From NCBI GenBank assembly GCA_034520505.1, contig JAXHNK010000002.1, forward strand, positions 425,269 to 489,268: a stretch of 64,000 nt of DNA, read 5' to 3'. The notes under the pieces are model-generated. The model ran no database searches. It had not been told where the DNA came from and saw nothing but the letters and a program-made list of their open reading frames with translations. Source of the stretch: Anaerolineales bacterium. GTDB lineage: Bacteria; Chloroflexota; Anaerolineae; Anaerolineales; UBA11858. A program made the position numbers and the translations under genes. Below, piece after piece: positions 55,878-64,000 of the stretch. How positions within the stretch are numbered: the first letter of the stretch is position 1; every line of letters starts with the position of its first letter.

Positions 55878-58496
55878 TTAACTTTCTCCCAGGCCTTCAA
55901 TAATCGGCCTTCGGGATGCCCGGATAGCCGGGATCAAAGCAGCAGCCTGGGAGACAACCAGGGCGATAATCGCGCTGCTGATTAAAGCGCGGGTGGATAA
56001 TTGATTGGTTAACTCATAATCCATCAGATGACGGACAACGACAATAAACATCCTGGCCAGCACTACGCCCAGGCCCAGGCCCAAGATCCCGCCCATTAAA
56101 CCCAGTGCTCCAGCTTCGGCCAGGATCATTTTTCGCAGCTGCGGGCGGGTCATACCCACACTGCGCAGCATGGATAATTCCTGCCGGCGCTCCATCACGC
56201 TGATGGCCATAGTGTTGACCACCCCCATGGCCGAGACGCTGACCACGATCAAGGCCAGGGTATCAAACATGACAAAGGATCGATCGGTTATCTCCAGCAC
56301 ATTCTCCAGCAGTTGATCAACCACGTCTACCGTCAGGTTTAAACGGGATCCCAGCACAGCCTGGATCGATTCGCCGACCTGTTCTGGATTGTATCCTGAT
56401 TCCACGGACAGTAAAAACCGATCGACATCGGTCACTCCAAAATAGCGGTACTGATCGGTCCTGCTGCCGTAGGCCATCAATCCGTTACCGCTGAAATCCA
56501 GAACCACCCCCAGGACTTCAAAGTCCTGCACCCCCCGGGGTGTGTCCAGGGTAAGTTGATCACCCACCTCCAGATGGTAGCGCTCTGCCATACTGGTGCT
56601 GATGATCACACCCTCTCCCCTCTGAAGTTGATGGAACACTTCTTTTTGAGCATCCCGGGAGGGCTCCTCAAAAAGAAATTGGCTGATCTCCCCGCGGGAT
56701 TCCGGTTCGATAGCAATATAAACGATCTCGTCTTCCACCGGGTATCCCGTGGTCCAGACCTCAATCATCCGCTCCGGGGTGACCAATTCCACGCCGTCCA
56801 GCGCTTCCAGCCGCTGGCCGAGGTTATGGTCCATCCGGGTGGGAGACTGGACGATCAAATCGCCGCCGGTGGCCGCTGTTGTCCAGCGGCTGAGATCATA
56901 CCGGAAGCTGTCGCCCAGCGATACGGTACCGATGTTGACCGCGATCCCCAGCATCAAAGTAGCGATAGTCAGCAGCGTTCGATTCTGAGCCCGTTTCAGG
57001 TTAGCCGCCCCGATCCCTCCTACCCGTCCGAAAACAAACCGCACCCCGGGCCGGAGAAGATCCGCCAGCCATTGATCCGCCAGCGGGACGCTGAAAGCGG
57101 CCCCGAACAAGAACAGGATCGCGGCGATGCTGACCACGGTCCAGGCGATTGAATCCCGCAGAGGAATTTCATTAAAAACCATCCAGCCGACGAACATCAA
57201 ACCCGGCCCGAATTTCCAGCTCATCCTCCTCCAGCCCGTTCCTCCCGGTTGAGACTTTACCCCCAGCGACTCCAGCGGGGAAATATTGATGGCCTGCAGG
57301 GTTGGCCACAGGGAAGAAAGCAGGGTGACCACCAGGCCGATGAACAGGCTGCGGGTAAAACCCCGCAGGGGAAGGGAAAGCGAACTGATAGTGGTCCCAG
57401 CTGCAAACCCCACCGTGGTAGACATGCCTTTTGCCATTCCAATGCCCATCAACAACCCCAGGGCCGAGCCGAGCAGGCTTAACAAACCTGCTTCGGTGAA
57501 CATCAGGACCAGGACGTCTTTTTTGGTCATCCCGATGGTGCGCAGCAGTCCAATCTGCCGGGTGCGCTCAGCGACGTTGATAGCAAAAGTGTTATAAATT
57601 AAGAACCCACCGATAAACATGGCTACCGTGCTGAACAGGTCCAGCCCCAGGCGGTAAGAGGCCATCCTCTTGGCAAGCTCTTTTCCCCTTGCCCCGGGAT
57701 AAATTACGCGCACTTCATCGCCCAAATGCGCAGCCAAATTATTTTTAATCTCTTCCAGAGCTTCTTCAGACTGGGCAATATCGTCAGTCACCGCCAGGTC
57801 GATCTGATCGAAACGACCGTTCCGGCTCATCAAGTCCTGAGCCACACCGAGGGGAAGAAAAGCTATCGACCCCCCATTAATTAATCCCGCTCCAGAGCTA
57901 GCGATCAACCCCACAATTTCAAATTTGGCGGGAGCCTGTCGTCCGGGCAGGAGTAAGGGGATCGTGTCCCCCAGGGAATATTCTTTCTCCCTGGCAAAGG
58001 ATTCACCCAGCACGATCACATAGCGATTTTCACCGGGTTCAAGCGGCCGACCGGCGGTGATTTCCAGCTCCCGGACCGCGCTGTCCACCCCGGGATCAAC
58101 CCCCAGGGTGAGCAAAGTGCTGCCGGAGGAAAGGGTGCCCATCACCCCCGTGCTGGCCTGCCATCCGCTTAATTCATCCGCGATCAGCGAACGGGATTGA
58201 ACAGAGGGAGCGGCCGCAGTCACCCCTTCCAGATCATGCACCTGCTGGAGCAAATTGCTGGAAAAACCATCTCCTCCCCGGGCCTGATCCTGAACAGTGA
58301 GATCGGCCTTACCGCCGGCCTCATCAAAAACGTTGTTGAAAGAATCCATCAGAGTGGCGTTGGTAATATTCACGCCCAGGACAACGGCTACCCCCAGGGA
58401 GATACCCAGCGTGGTCAGCGCGGTGCGGGTGAGATGACCGGACATACTGCGCAGGGCCAGCTTGATGATCGTAAAGAACCGCCGCCAGGAGGTCAT
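55878..58496 (-). CDS. ABC transporter permease with two FtsX domains (about 10 TM, YbbP-like architecture)
   Basis: 872 aa. Two FtsX-type blocks (RQIGLLRTIGMTKKDV and QELSMLRSVGMTRPQL), each preceded by an extracytoplasmic domain. Confidence 0.9.
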   Translation of the reverse strand: MTSWRRFFTIIKLALRSMSGHLTRTALTTLGISLGVAVVLGVNITNATLMDSFNNVFDEAGGKADLTVQDQARGGDGFSSNLLQQVHDLEGVTAAAPSVQSRSLIADELSGWQASTGVMGTLSSGSTLLTLGVDPGVDSAVRELEITAGRPLEPGENRYVIVLGESFAREKEYSLGDTIPLLLPGRQAPAKFEIVGLIASSGAGLINGGSIAFLPLGVAQDLMSRNGRFDQIDLAVTDDIAQSEEALEEIKNNLAAHLGDEVRVIYPGARGKELAKRMASYRLGLDLFSTVAMFIGGFLIYNTFAINVAERTRQIGLLRTIGMTKKDVLVLMFTEAGLLSLLGSALGLLMGIGMAKGMSTTVGFAAGTTISSLSLPLRGFTRSLFIGLVVTLLSSLWPTLQAINISPLESLGVKSQPGGTGWRRMSWKFGPGLMFVGWMVFNEIPLRDSIAWTVVSIAAILFLFGAAFSVPLADQWLADLLRPGVRFVFGRVGGIGAANLKRAQNRTLLTIATLMLGIAVNIGTVSLGDSFRYDLSRWTTAATGGDLIVQSPTRMDHNLGQRLEALDGVELVTPERMIEVWTTGYPVEDEIVYIAIEPESRGEISQFLFEEPSRDAQKEVFHQLQRGEGVIISTSMAERYHLEVGDQLTLDTPRGVQDFEVLGVVLDFSGNGLMAYGSRTDQYRYFGVTDVDRFLLSVESGYNPEQVGESIQAVLGSRLNLTVDVVDQLLENVLEITDRSFVMFDTLALIVVSVSAMGVVNTMAISVMERRQELSMLRSVGMTRPQLRKMILAEAGALGLMGGILGLGLGVVLARMFIVVVRHLMDYELTNQLSTRALISSAIIALVVSQAAALIPAIRASRRPIIEGLGES

Positions 58497-58499
58497 GGG

Positions 58500-59327
58500 T
58501 TAAAACTCCTCCAGGTAAGCTAACCGTTCAGCGATGCGGCGGGTGTCGGTCTCATCCCCCCGGTTCATCGTTTGATCGACCACTTTCCCATCCCGTAAAT
58601 AAACCACGCGGTCGGCATAAGAGGATGAACGCGGATCATGGGTGACCATGACGATCGCCGTGCCTGAACCTTCCTGCACTCTCCGCAGTAAATCGAGGAC
58701 CACGGTGCCGGACCTGGTGTCCAGGTTGCCGGTAGGTTCGTCAGCCATCACAATTTCGGGCTGGGTGATCAACGCCCGGGCAATGGCCACCCGCTGCTGC
58801 TGACCGCCCGAAAGCTGGTCCGGTTTATGGTCCTTGCGATCTCCAATTAACACCAGCTGCAGCAAATTGTCCATTCTTTTTCGATGCTTATCGGGGTCCC
58901 GCCCATCAATTAATAGAGGAAGCATGACATTCTCCTGGGCGGTGAGCATGGGAATGAGGTTAAAAGTCTGGAAAACAAACCCTACCTTTTGCCGCCTGAG
59001 AACGCTCAAAGACTCGTCATCCAGGGTGGACAAACGCTCTCCGGCCAGCATAACTTCTCCCCCGGTCGGCCGGTCCAGGCCGCTGATCAAGTGCAGCAAG
59101 GTCGATTTCCCGGAGCCGGATGGGCCCATAATGGCCACAAACTCCCCCCGCCTGACCTGGAGGTCCACGCCCCGGAGGGCGGGCACCTTGATATCACCCA
59201 CCTGATAAATTTTCCGCAGGTGGCCCGCTACAAGCACAAATTCCTGACCTGGCCCGGAAGGCTTTCCCCGGGATGAATTTGCAGGCGGGTCAGAAAGTTT
59301 GTAAGCTTTAGACAGCTTTTCGCTCAT
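58500..59327 (-). CDS. ABC transporter ATP-binding protein (MacB/LolD type) with a 35-aa N-terminal extension
   Basis: 275 aa. [36 protein letters not shown]. 4-nt overlap with the MFS gene. Confidence 0.9.
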   Translation of the reverse strand: MSEKLSKAYKLSDPPANSSRGKPSGPGQEFVLVAGHLRKIYQVGDIKVPALRGVDLQVRRGEFVAIMGPSGSGKSTLLHLISGLDRPTGGEVMLAGERLSTLDDESLSVLRRQKVGFVFQTFNLIPMLTAQENVMLPLLIDGRDPDKHRKRMDNLLQLVLIGDRKDHKPDQLSGGQQQRVAIARALITQPEIVMADEPTGNLDTRSGTVVLDLLRRVQEGSGTAIVMVTHDPRSSSYADRVVYLRDGKVVDQTMNRGDETDTRRIAERLAYLEEF

Positions 59328-60703
59328 GATTGTTCCGCTTTCCTTTGAGCCAGTTTCTTCCGTAAAGCAGTATGCGATTGCCGGGTGACCGGGTAGCGAA
59401 GCAGCAGCGGGAAGACCAGTAGCAAAAGCAAAGCCGGGAGCGGACCAAAGATAATCCGGATTCCCAATAAGGACCGGCTTGTCTGGGCCACGTTGGGAAT
59501 ATACCCGAAAAACTCTAATCCCATCCCCACTATAAAAACACCCAGGGTACGCATAATTTTATCAACAAGTCCGTAAACGCCATAGTACATACCTTCCCGC
59601 CGCTCTCCAGTCGCGGCCTCATCGTGTTCAATGACATCCGGGAGCATGGCATAGGGAGCCACCCAGTGAGCAGAAAGCCCAAATCCGATCAGGACCACCA
59701 CGGCATTCATGACCGCGACCTGCCCTTCCTGGATAAAGAAAGTAATCACGGCTCCAGCTCCCATGATCACCAGTCCTACAGCATAGGCTCTGCTCTTGCT
59801 GGTTTTATCGCTGATCCACTTCCAGAAATAGACAAAGACGCCCACGCTGCCCATCAGCAGGGTCATAATCAAGGTCATACTTCCGGGTGAATTCAGCTGA
59901 TAGCGGATAAAATAGGGGACGCTGGACTGCATCAGGGTAAAGCTCAGACGCACAACCGCGAAAGCAGTCAACAGCAGGATAAAGGGGCGGTTGCTGAAGG
60001 TAGCCCGGATGGAGGCCATCACAGGCAGCCCAGCCTGGACCGCAGAACTCCGGGCAGGCTCTCTCACTTTCCAGGCTACCAGGGCAATACTCAAACCCAC
60101 AATACCACCAAAGACAGCGCCCATCACCAGGTACCCGGTCGTGAGATCTTCAAACCTCCCGGTGATCAGGGTAGGCAAAACCGCACCGAGCAGATAACCG
60201 ACCACCGCGCCTATGGAAGCCACTGCCATCAGGCTGGTCCGCTCGTCATAGTCATGGGTTAGCTCTGCAGTCAGGGCGTTAAAGGGCACATTGGTAATGG
60301 TGAAAAAGGTATCGAAAAGGGCATAACTTACTACAATCCACAGGAAGGCAGTGGTCGAAGAAAGGCCGCGGGGGACGGCCCAGAGGGCAAAGGAAACCAG
60401 CGCCAGCGGCAGCGCGCCGTAGATCAGATACACCCGGCGCCGGCCGAGGGGAGATTCTGTGCGGTCGGAAACCCAGCCAAACAGAGGATCATTGATGATA
60501 TCCCAGATCTTTCCCACCAGCAGCGCAGTGCTGGCCAGGGCTGGAGGAATGTGGGCCACATCGGTATAGAAAATGAGCAAGAAAAAACCCACCCCGGAGA
60601 TCAAAAGGGTGAAGCCCAGATTTCCTACCGCGTAAACCAGCTTCAAACTCAGGGGGAGTTTTTCAGAGGATAAATCCAGATCAGGTAATGTTCGGGAATT
60701 CAT
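59324..60703 (-). CDS. MFS transporter of the GPH (glycoside-pentoside-hexuronide / MFS_2) type
   Basis: The start is placed at ATG 60703, preceded by AAGGAG. GPH signature INDPLFGWVSDRTESPLGRRR. About 12 TM. Confidence 0.85.
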   Translation of the reverse strand: MNSRTLPDLDLSSEKLPLSLKLVYAVGNLGFTLLISGVGFFLLIFYTDVAHIPPALASTALLVGKIWDIINDPLFGWVSDRTESPLGRRRVYLIYGALPLALVSFALWAVPRGLSSTTAFLWIVVSYALFDTFFTITNVPFNALTAELTHDYDERTSLMAVASIGAVVGYLLGAVLPTLITGRFEDLTTGYLVMGAVFGGIVGLSIALVAWKVREPARSSAVQAGLPVMASIRATFSNRPFILLLTAFAVVRLSFTLMQSSVPYFIRYQLNSPGSMTLIMTLLMGSVGVFVYFWKWISDKTSKSRAYAVGLVIMGAGAVITFFIQEGQVAVMNAVVVLIGFGLSAHWVAPYAMLPDVIEHDEAATGERREGMYYGVYGLVDKIMRTLGVFIVGMGLEFFGYIPNVAQTSRSLLGIRIIFGPLPALLLLLVFPLLLRYPVTRQSHTALRKKLAQRKAEQS

Positions 60704-60757
60704 GGTTGTTCTCCTTAGTGATTGATGACAACCTTCTCCATCCAATGTCCGGGCAGC

Positions 60758-62326
60758 TTAGGGCGCCAGGTTTTCCCGCACCTCGCGGTGCAGGACCTTT
60801 CCCAGATAACTTCGCGGCAGCTCCGGCATGATCGTCAATTGATCCGGAAGATGTTCAGGGGAAAGGCTCCGCCCCATAGTCTGCAGGATCTCACTGTTCA
60901 ATTCCGGGAGAGAAACCCCTTCCTGTTGATTTTTCCGGAGCGACACGGCCAGGATTAGATCATTCTCCTCGAACCCGGTCACCAGACAGGCCTCCTTGAC
61001 GGCAGGATGGTCATGGGCCGCTTCCTCGACCTGCAGCGGAAAAATACGCTTTCCATCCCGCTGGATAACGTCTGCCCGCCGACCGAGCACTTGCAGCCAG
61101 CCTTCCTGATCAAAAAACCCCAGGTCGCGGGTATAGTACCAGCCGTCCCGCAGCACCCGCTGGTTTAGATCCGGGCGCTCCCAGTAACCTGAAAACGTGG
61201 TGGGGCTGTCAATGATGATCTCCCCGATTTCACCCCGGGGGAGGGGCTGTCCATCCTCATCCACGATCCTGACCTTCACTCCGGGAACCACTCTGCCGGC
61301 CGAACGCAGTATGTCTCGGGGAGCGGGATGTTCCCGGGTTCCGTGATCACTCATCCCCAGCAAGCTGACCGGGGGCAGTACTTCAGCCATCCCGTAACCC
61401 TGCTGAAAAATCGGACCCCAGCGCCGGAGGGCTTCTTCCAATTTGGGAACAGGCATGGGTGCGGTTCCGTAAATTACATTCCGCAGTGAGCCGAGGTCAG
61501 CTTTCCGGGTGTCCAGAAAGTCAATCAAAAGACTGGGGGTGAGGAAGGTCCGGGTAGCTTCATATTTTTTGAAGGCGGTCAACAGCTCCTCCGCCGCATA
61601 TCTCTCGGGTAAAACCAGGGTCGAGCCGGAAAACAGCATGGGCAGGACCACGCCGCTGCCCGCTCCCACCAGAGGAATGCCCAGCACAAAAGTATCCTGC
61701 TGACCGGGTTGGATATCAACGTTAGCCGCGGTTAACTTCAAACTGGAAACTATAACGCCGTGATTGGTAAAAAGCGCCTTGGGTTCCCCCGTCGTCCCTG
61801 ATGTAAAACCTAAAGAAGCAGGATCCGAAGGTTTGACCCTGTTGGAAGAACGGCGTGCCTGGTGTTGAGAGATGATTTTTTCATAAGCATTTTCTTCCCC
61901 GGTGGGTAAGAAAACGATCCCTGGAAAGAGCTGCCTCATCTTTTCGGGAAGCTCCCCCGCCAGATCTGGGTCAAAGATAACGACCGAAGGAGAAGCCATC
62001 CGGGCGGCCTGAAGGACAGCCTGGTCTGTTCTCTGAACAGGAAAAGGTGCGAGCACGAAACCAACCTCAAAAGAAGCCAATCGAACTTCGATTTGCTCCC
62101 AATCATCTGGCAGCAGAGTAAATACCCTGTCCCCTGGAGCTATCCCGGCGTTTTCCAGGCCCTGGACGAGTGAATTCACCCGCTCTTCGAGTTGTTGATA
62201 GGTCAGTTTTCCCCGGGGAGAAATCAGCGCCGTCCTCTGCGGGTAACGCCGGAATGCGTTCCGGATCATCTGGCGGGGAACGCGGTAGCGGGATAAATAA
62301 AGTTTTATCAGCTGTTTTTTAATCAT
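60758..62326 (-). CDS. AMP-dependent synthetase/ligase (acyl-CoA synthetase-like adenylating enzyme)
   Basis: Cores FTSGTTGEPKA, GYGMAE, YTRDLGFFDQEGWLQVLGRRAD and PRSYLGKV. The start is tentative at ATG 62326; the track start is 62410. Confidence 0.85.
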   Translation of the reverse strand: MIKKQLIKLYLSRYRVPRQMIRNAFRRYPQRTALISPRGKLTYQQLEERVNSLVQGLENAGIAPGDRVFTLLPDDWEQIEVRLASFEVGFVLAPFPVQRTDQAVLQAARMASPSVVIFDPDLAGELPEKMRQLFPGIVFLPTGEENAYEKIISQHQARRSSNRVKPSDPASLGFTSGTTGEPKALFTNHGVIVSSLKLTAANVDIQPGQQDTFVLGIPLVGAGSGVVLPMLFSGSTLVLPERYAAEELLTAFKKYEATRTFLTPSLLIDFLDTRKADLGSLRNVIYGTAPMPVPKLEEALRRWGPIFQQGYGMAEVLPPVSLLGMSDHGTREHPAPRDILRSAGRVVPGVKVRIVDEDGQPLPRGEIGEIIIDSPTTFSGYWERPDLNQRVLRDGWYYTRDLGFFDQEGWLQVLGRRADVIQRDGKRIFPLQVEEAAHDHPAVKEACLVTGFEENDLILAVSLRKNQQEGVSLPELNSEILQTMGRSLSPEHLPDQLTIMPELPRSYLGKVLHREVRENLAP

Positions 62327-62425
62327 TAATTGTCTTCCCCAGCTAACCAGGGAGCTCAATGTCGAGTGCTTTATCCCTCTGCTAATAATTGTCCCGGGGT
62401 ATTTAACCACAGGCCGATATTAATT

Positions 62426-63304
62426 CTATTCTTCTGCCGATTGAGACTCCAGTAATCGTTTCACGTACCAGAGTTTGAGACGCTGGATAGGGTTGCGGTT
62501 CCCCCACCATAATTTCCCTTTTTTACACTGCAGAGTATAAGCATCTACCTGAAAATAATACGGGACCGCGTGAACAGGTCCTCTGTTAAGCAGGATTTTC
62601 ACCACTTGTCCTGCCGCTAGGCCGGCAGCCATCTGCACTGCCAGACCCACAGAGGGACCAACTCCAGCGTTCAAGTTGATCCTGTCGGTGTTTACATAAG
62701 CTAAATGAGTTCCTCCCGGAGCGATACCCACCAGGAAAGAAAGCAGCTTCTCTTCTCTGGTCATCCCCTCCCGGACGGCAAAATAACGGTCAAAGCTCAT
62801 CCCGTTGGGAGAAAAGATTTGCAGAATAGCGCTGAAGCCGATAGGGCCGGTGGAAACCACATGAAGACCTGCCTGCCGGGCGGTATTGAAGAGATGGCGG
62901 CGGTGTTCGAAGCAAAAGAAGTCCAAACCATCCAGGACCACATCCGCCTGCTCGAGGAACTGATCCGTGTTCTCCGGGGTGACTGCCCGGTCAAAAAGGA
63001 TCAATTCAGCCTGGGGATTGATTTCCCGGACCCGCTCAGCCATCACTTCCAGTTTGGGAAGACCGACCGTCTTGACGTTTGCCCCTACCTGCCGGTTAAA
63101 GTTGACCAGTTCAAAGGAATCAAAATCTGCCATGATGAAACGGCCGACGCCCAACCTGGCCAGGGTCAGCACATGGGCTCCTCCCATCCCCCCCATGCCG
63201 GCAACCGCAGCCGTGCTCCGCTGCAGAACTGCCTGCTCCTCTTCACTGACCAATCCCAGGTTTCTGGAAAAAGCTTCCTGATAGGGAAAATCTGCCCGGG
63301 CCAT
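62426..63304 (-). CDS. ThiF/MoeB/HesA-family E1-like adenylyltransferase (non-canonical; no CxxC zinc motifs, no rhodanese domain)
   Basis: 292 aa. AAGGAG lies upstream. Nucleotide loop VAGMGGMGGAHVLTLARLGVGRFIMADFDSFELVNFNRQ. Confidence 0.8.
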   Translation of the reverse strand: MARADFPYQEAFSRNLGLVSEEEQAVLQRSTAAVAGMGGMGGAHVLTLARLGVGRFIMADFDSFELVNFNRQVGANVKTVGLPKLEVMAERVREINPQAELILFDRAVTPENTDQFLEQADVVLDGLDFFCFEHRRHLFNTARQAGLHVVSTGPIGFSAILQIFSPNGMSFDRYFAVREGMTREEKLLSFLVGIAPGGTHLAYVNTDRINLNAGVGPSVGLAVQMAAGLAAGQVVKILLNRGPVHAVPYYFQVDAYTLQCKKGKLWWGNRNPIQRLKLWYVKRLLESQSAEE

Positions 63305-63404
63305 CTCTACTCCTTACCCACAAGTTAATTACTTCAGGAATTAGCAGAGAGAGAGGCATGAGTATTGAGTGCTCTCCGCCGCCGCTCATCACCACTAACC
63401 GAGT

Positions 63405-63413
63405 AGTATAACA
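63405..63413 (-). promoter_or_regulatory. Possible extended -10 element (TGtTATACT) for the ThiF-led operon
   Basis: The minus strand reads TGTTATACT about 100 nt upstream of ATG 63304. No good -35. Confidence 0.25.
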
Positions 63414-63644
63414 AAAACGAAAGGATACAGTGAGGTTTAGTGTTCCTTTGTCCTGCCTGGGGTGCTTGTTTTATAGGCTGGTTCAGCGGATAGAACCTTA
63501 CAATAGGTTTACATCTGCCCCATAGTAGATCAAGGCCTGGCCTGTGGGAGCCTTCGGCGTTAAGGAAGAAACCCCCACTGCAGCCTGCCGGGAGCAGGCT
63601 TGGCCGCTTTTGGCATCAGCGTCCGGGAAATTATCCCGGGGAGC

Positions 63645-63872
63645 TTACCGGTTCTTCCTGTGGGGTCTGCGGATTAATAAATACAGCAGCGCTCCAATCC
63701 AGTGAGTAAAAAGGATGATAAGAACCCAGATAAGTTTATCCCTGCTGTTGGAGGGCTCTATCTGAACACAATCAACCAGTGCCCAGATCCAGAAGATAGT
63801 TCCTACGGTGCCGAAAAGGATAAAAGCGAGGAAAACAATCAACTCCGTCAGGCCGATACCCATCAATCCCAT
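63645..63872 (-). CDS. Small PLD-nuclease-N-terminal-like (PLDc_N) membrane protein
   Basis: The start is placed at ATG 63872, preceded by AGGAGGAG. Two TM helices with WIWALVDC...WVLIILFTHWIGALLYLLIRR. Confidence 0.65.
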   Translation of the reverse strand: MGLMGIGLTELIVFLAFILFGTVGTIFWIWALVDCVQIEPSNSRDKLIWVLIILFTHWIGALLYLLIRRPHRKNR

Positions 63873-64000
63873 CTCCTCCTGGCTGTCTCCATGCTTAATT
63901 GGCTGCTCGCCCCTGGTTCCCGTTCTCAACCCCGGGCTTTATTATAATCTGGGATCAAATCCCCGGAGTGGGTTCAATCCACAATCAAAGAAGTCAGAAA

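Noticed and set aside
63358-63411. A 17-codon plus-strand micro-ORF (MSIECSPPPLITTNRVV) as a possible precursor peptide for the ThiF-like enzyme.
   Set aside because: It is on the opposite strand to the operon. The purine tract is only 1 nt from the ATG, and there is no supporting conservation information. It is mentioned only as something to exclude.
1-64000. Searched by eye for rRNA, tRNA (T-arm GGTTCGAATCC-type motifs), CRISPR repeat-spacer arrays, IS/transposase/integrase genes, reverse transcriptases and toxin-antitoxin pairs.
   Set aside because: None recognised. The only repeats found are the short regulatory-scale ones reported above. A proper tRNAscan, Infernal or ISfinder run could still find something I missed.

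Overview
This is a 64-kb, moderately GC-rich, gene-dense bacterial chromosomal segment. I call about 53 protein genes. By eye I found no rRNA, tRNA, CRISPR array, transposase or integrase. Most of the window is housekeeping: recD2, a CpaF-type ATPase, prs, mutM, add, secA, murJ, gyrA, birA, ftsH, proBA, nfnAB-like oxidoreductase, meaB, pruA. Gene content suggests a Chloroflexota-like (Anaerolineae-type) organism. The supporting features are an insertion-rich SecA, MacB/HlyD exporters, leaderless-looking mRNAs and TGnTATAAT promoters, but this is only an inference. Five loci deserve a second look. (1) A copper module: CopB-type P1B ATPase, OmpR-type regulator, a histidine kinase with a Met/His-rich sensor loop, and two tandem SHOCT membrane proteins. 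Two copies of the same array of four 11-bp-phased CTTxAx hexamers bracket the two-component genes, and a perfect G-rich 16-nt tandem repeat lies in the leader. (2) A tightly packed six-gene minus-strand operon: ThiF-like E1, AMP-dependent ligase, GPH-type MFS, ABC ATPase, 872-aa double-FtsX permease, and a HlyD adaptor carrying two C-terminal LysM domains. It has no recognisable product. (3) An AT-rich patch fused in-frame to GC-rich coding sequence downstream of recD2. After it come a homopolymer frameshift and a small SD-preceded gene whose stop overlaps the start of an orphan CpaF/TadA ATPase. (4) A 1360-aa SecA with four lineage-specific insertions and no zinc-finger tail. (5) A MacAB-type exporter operon that continues into AhpD-like and CutA genes. 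The many long antisense ORFs in the track are GC-driven shadows of real genes and were rejected. All family assignments come from motif recognition by eye, with no database search.
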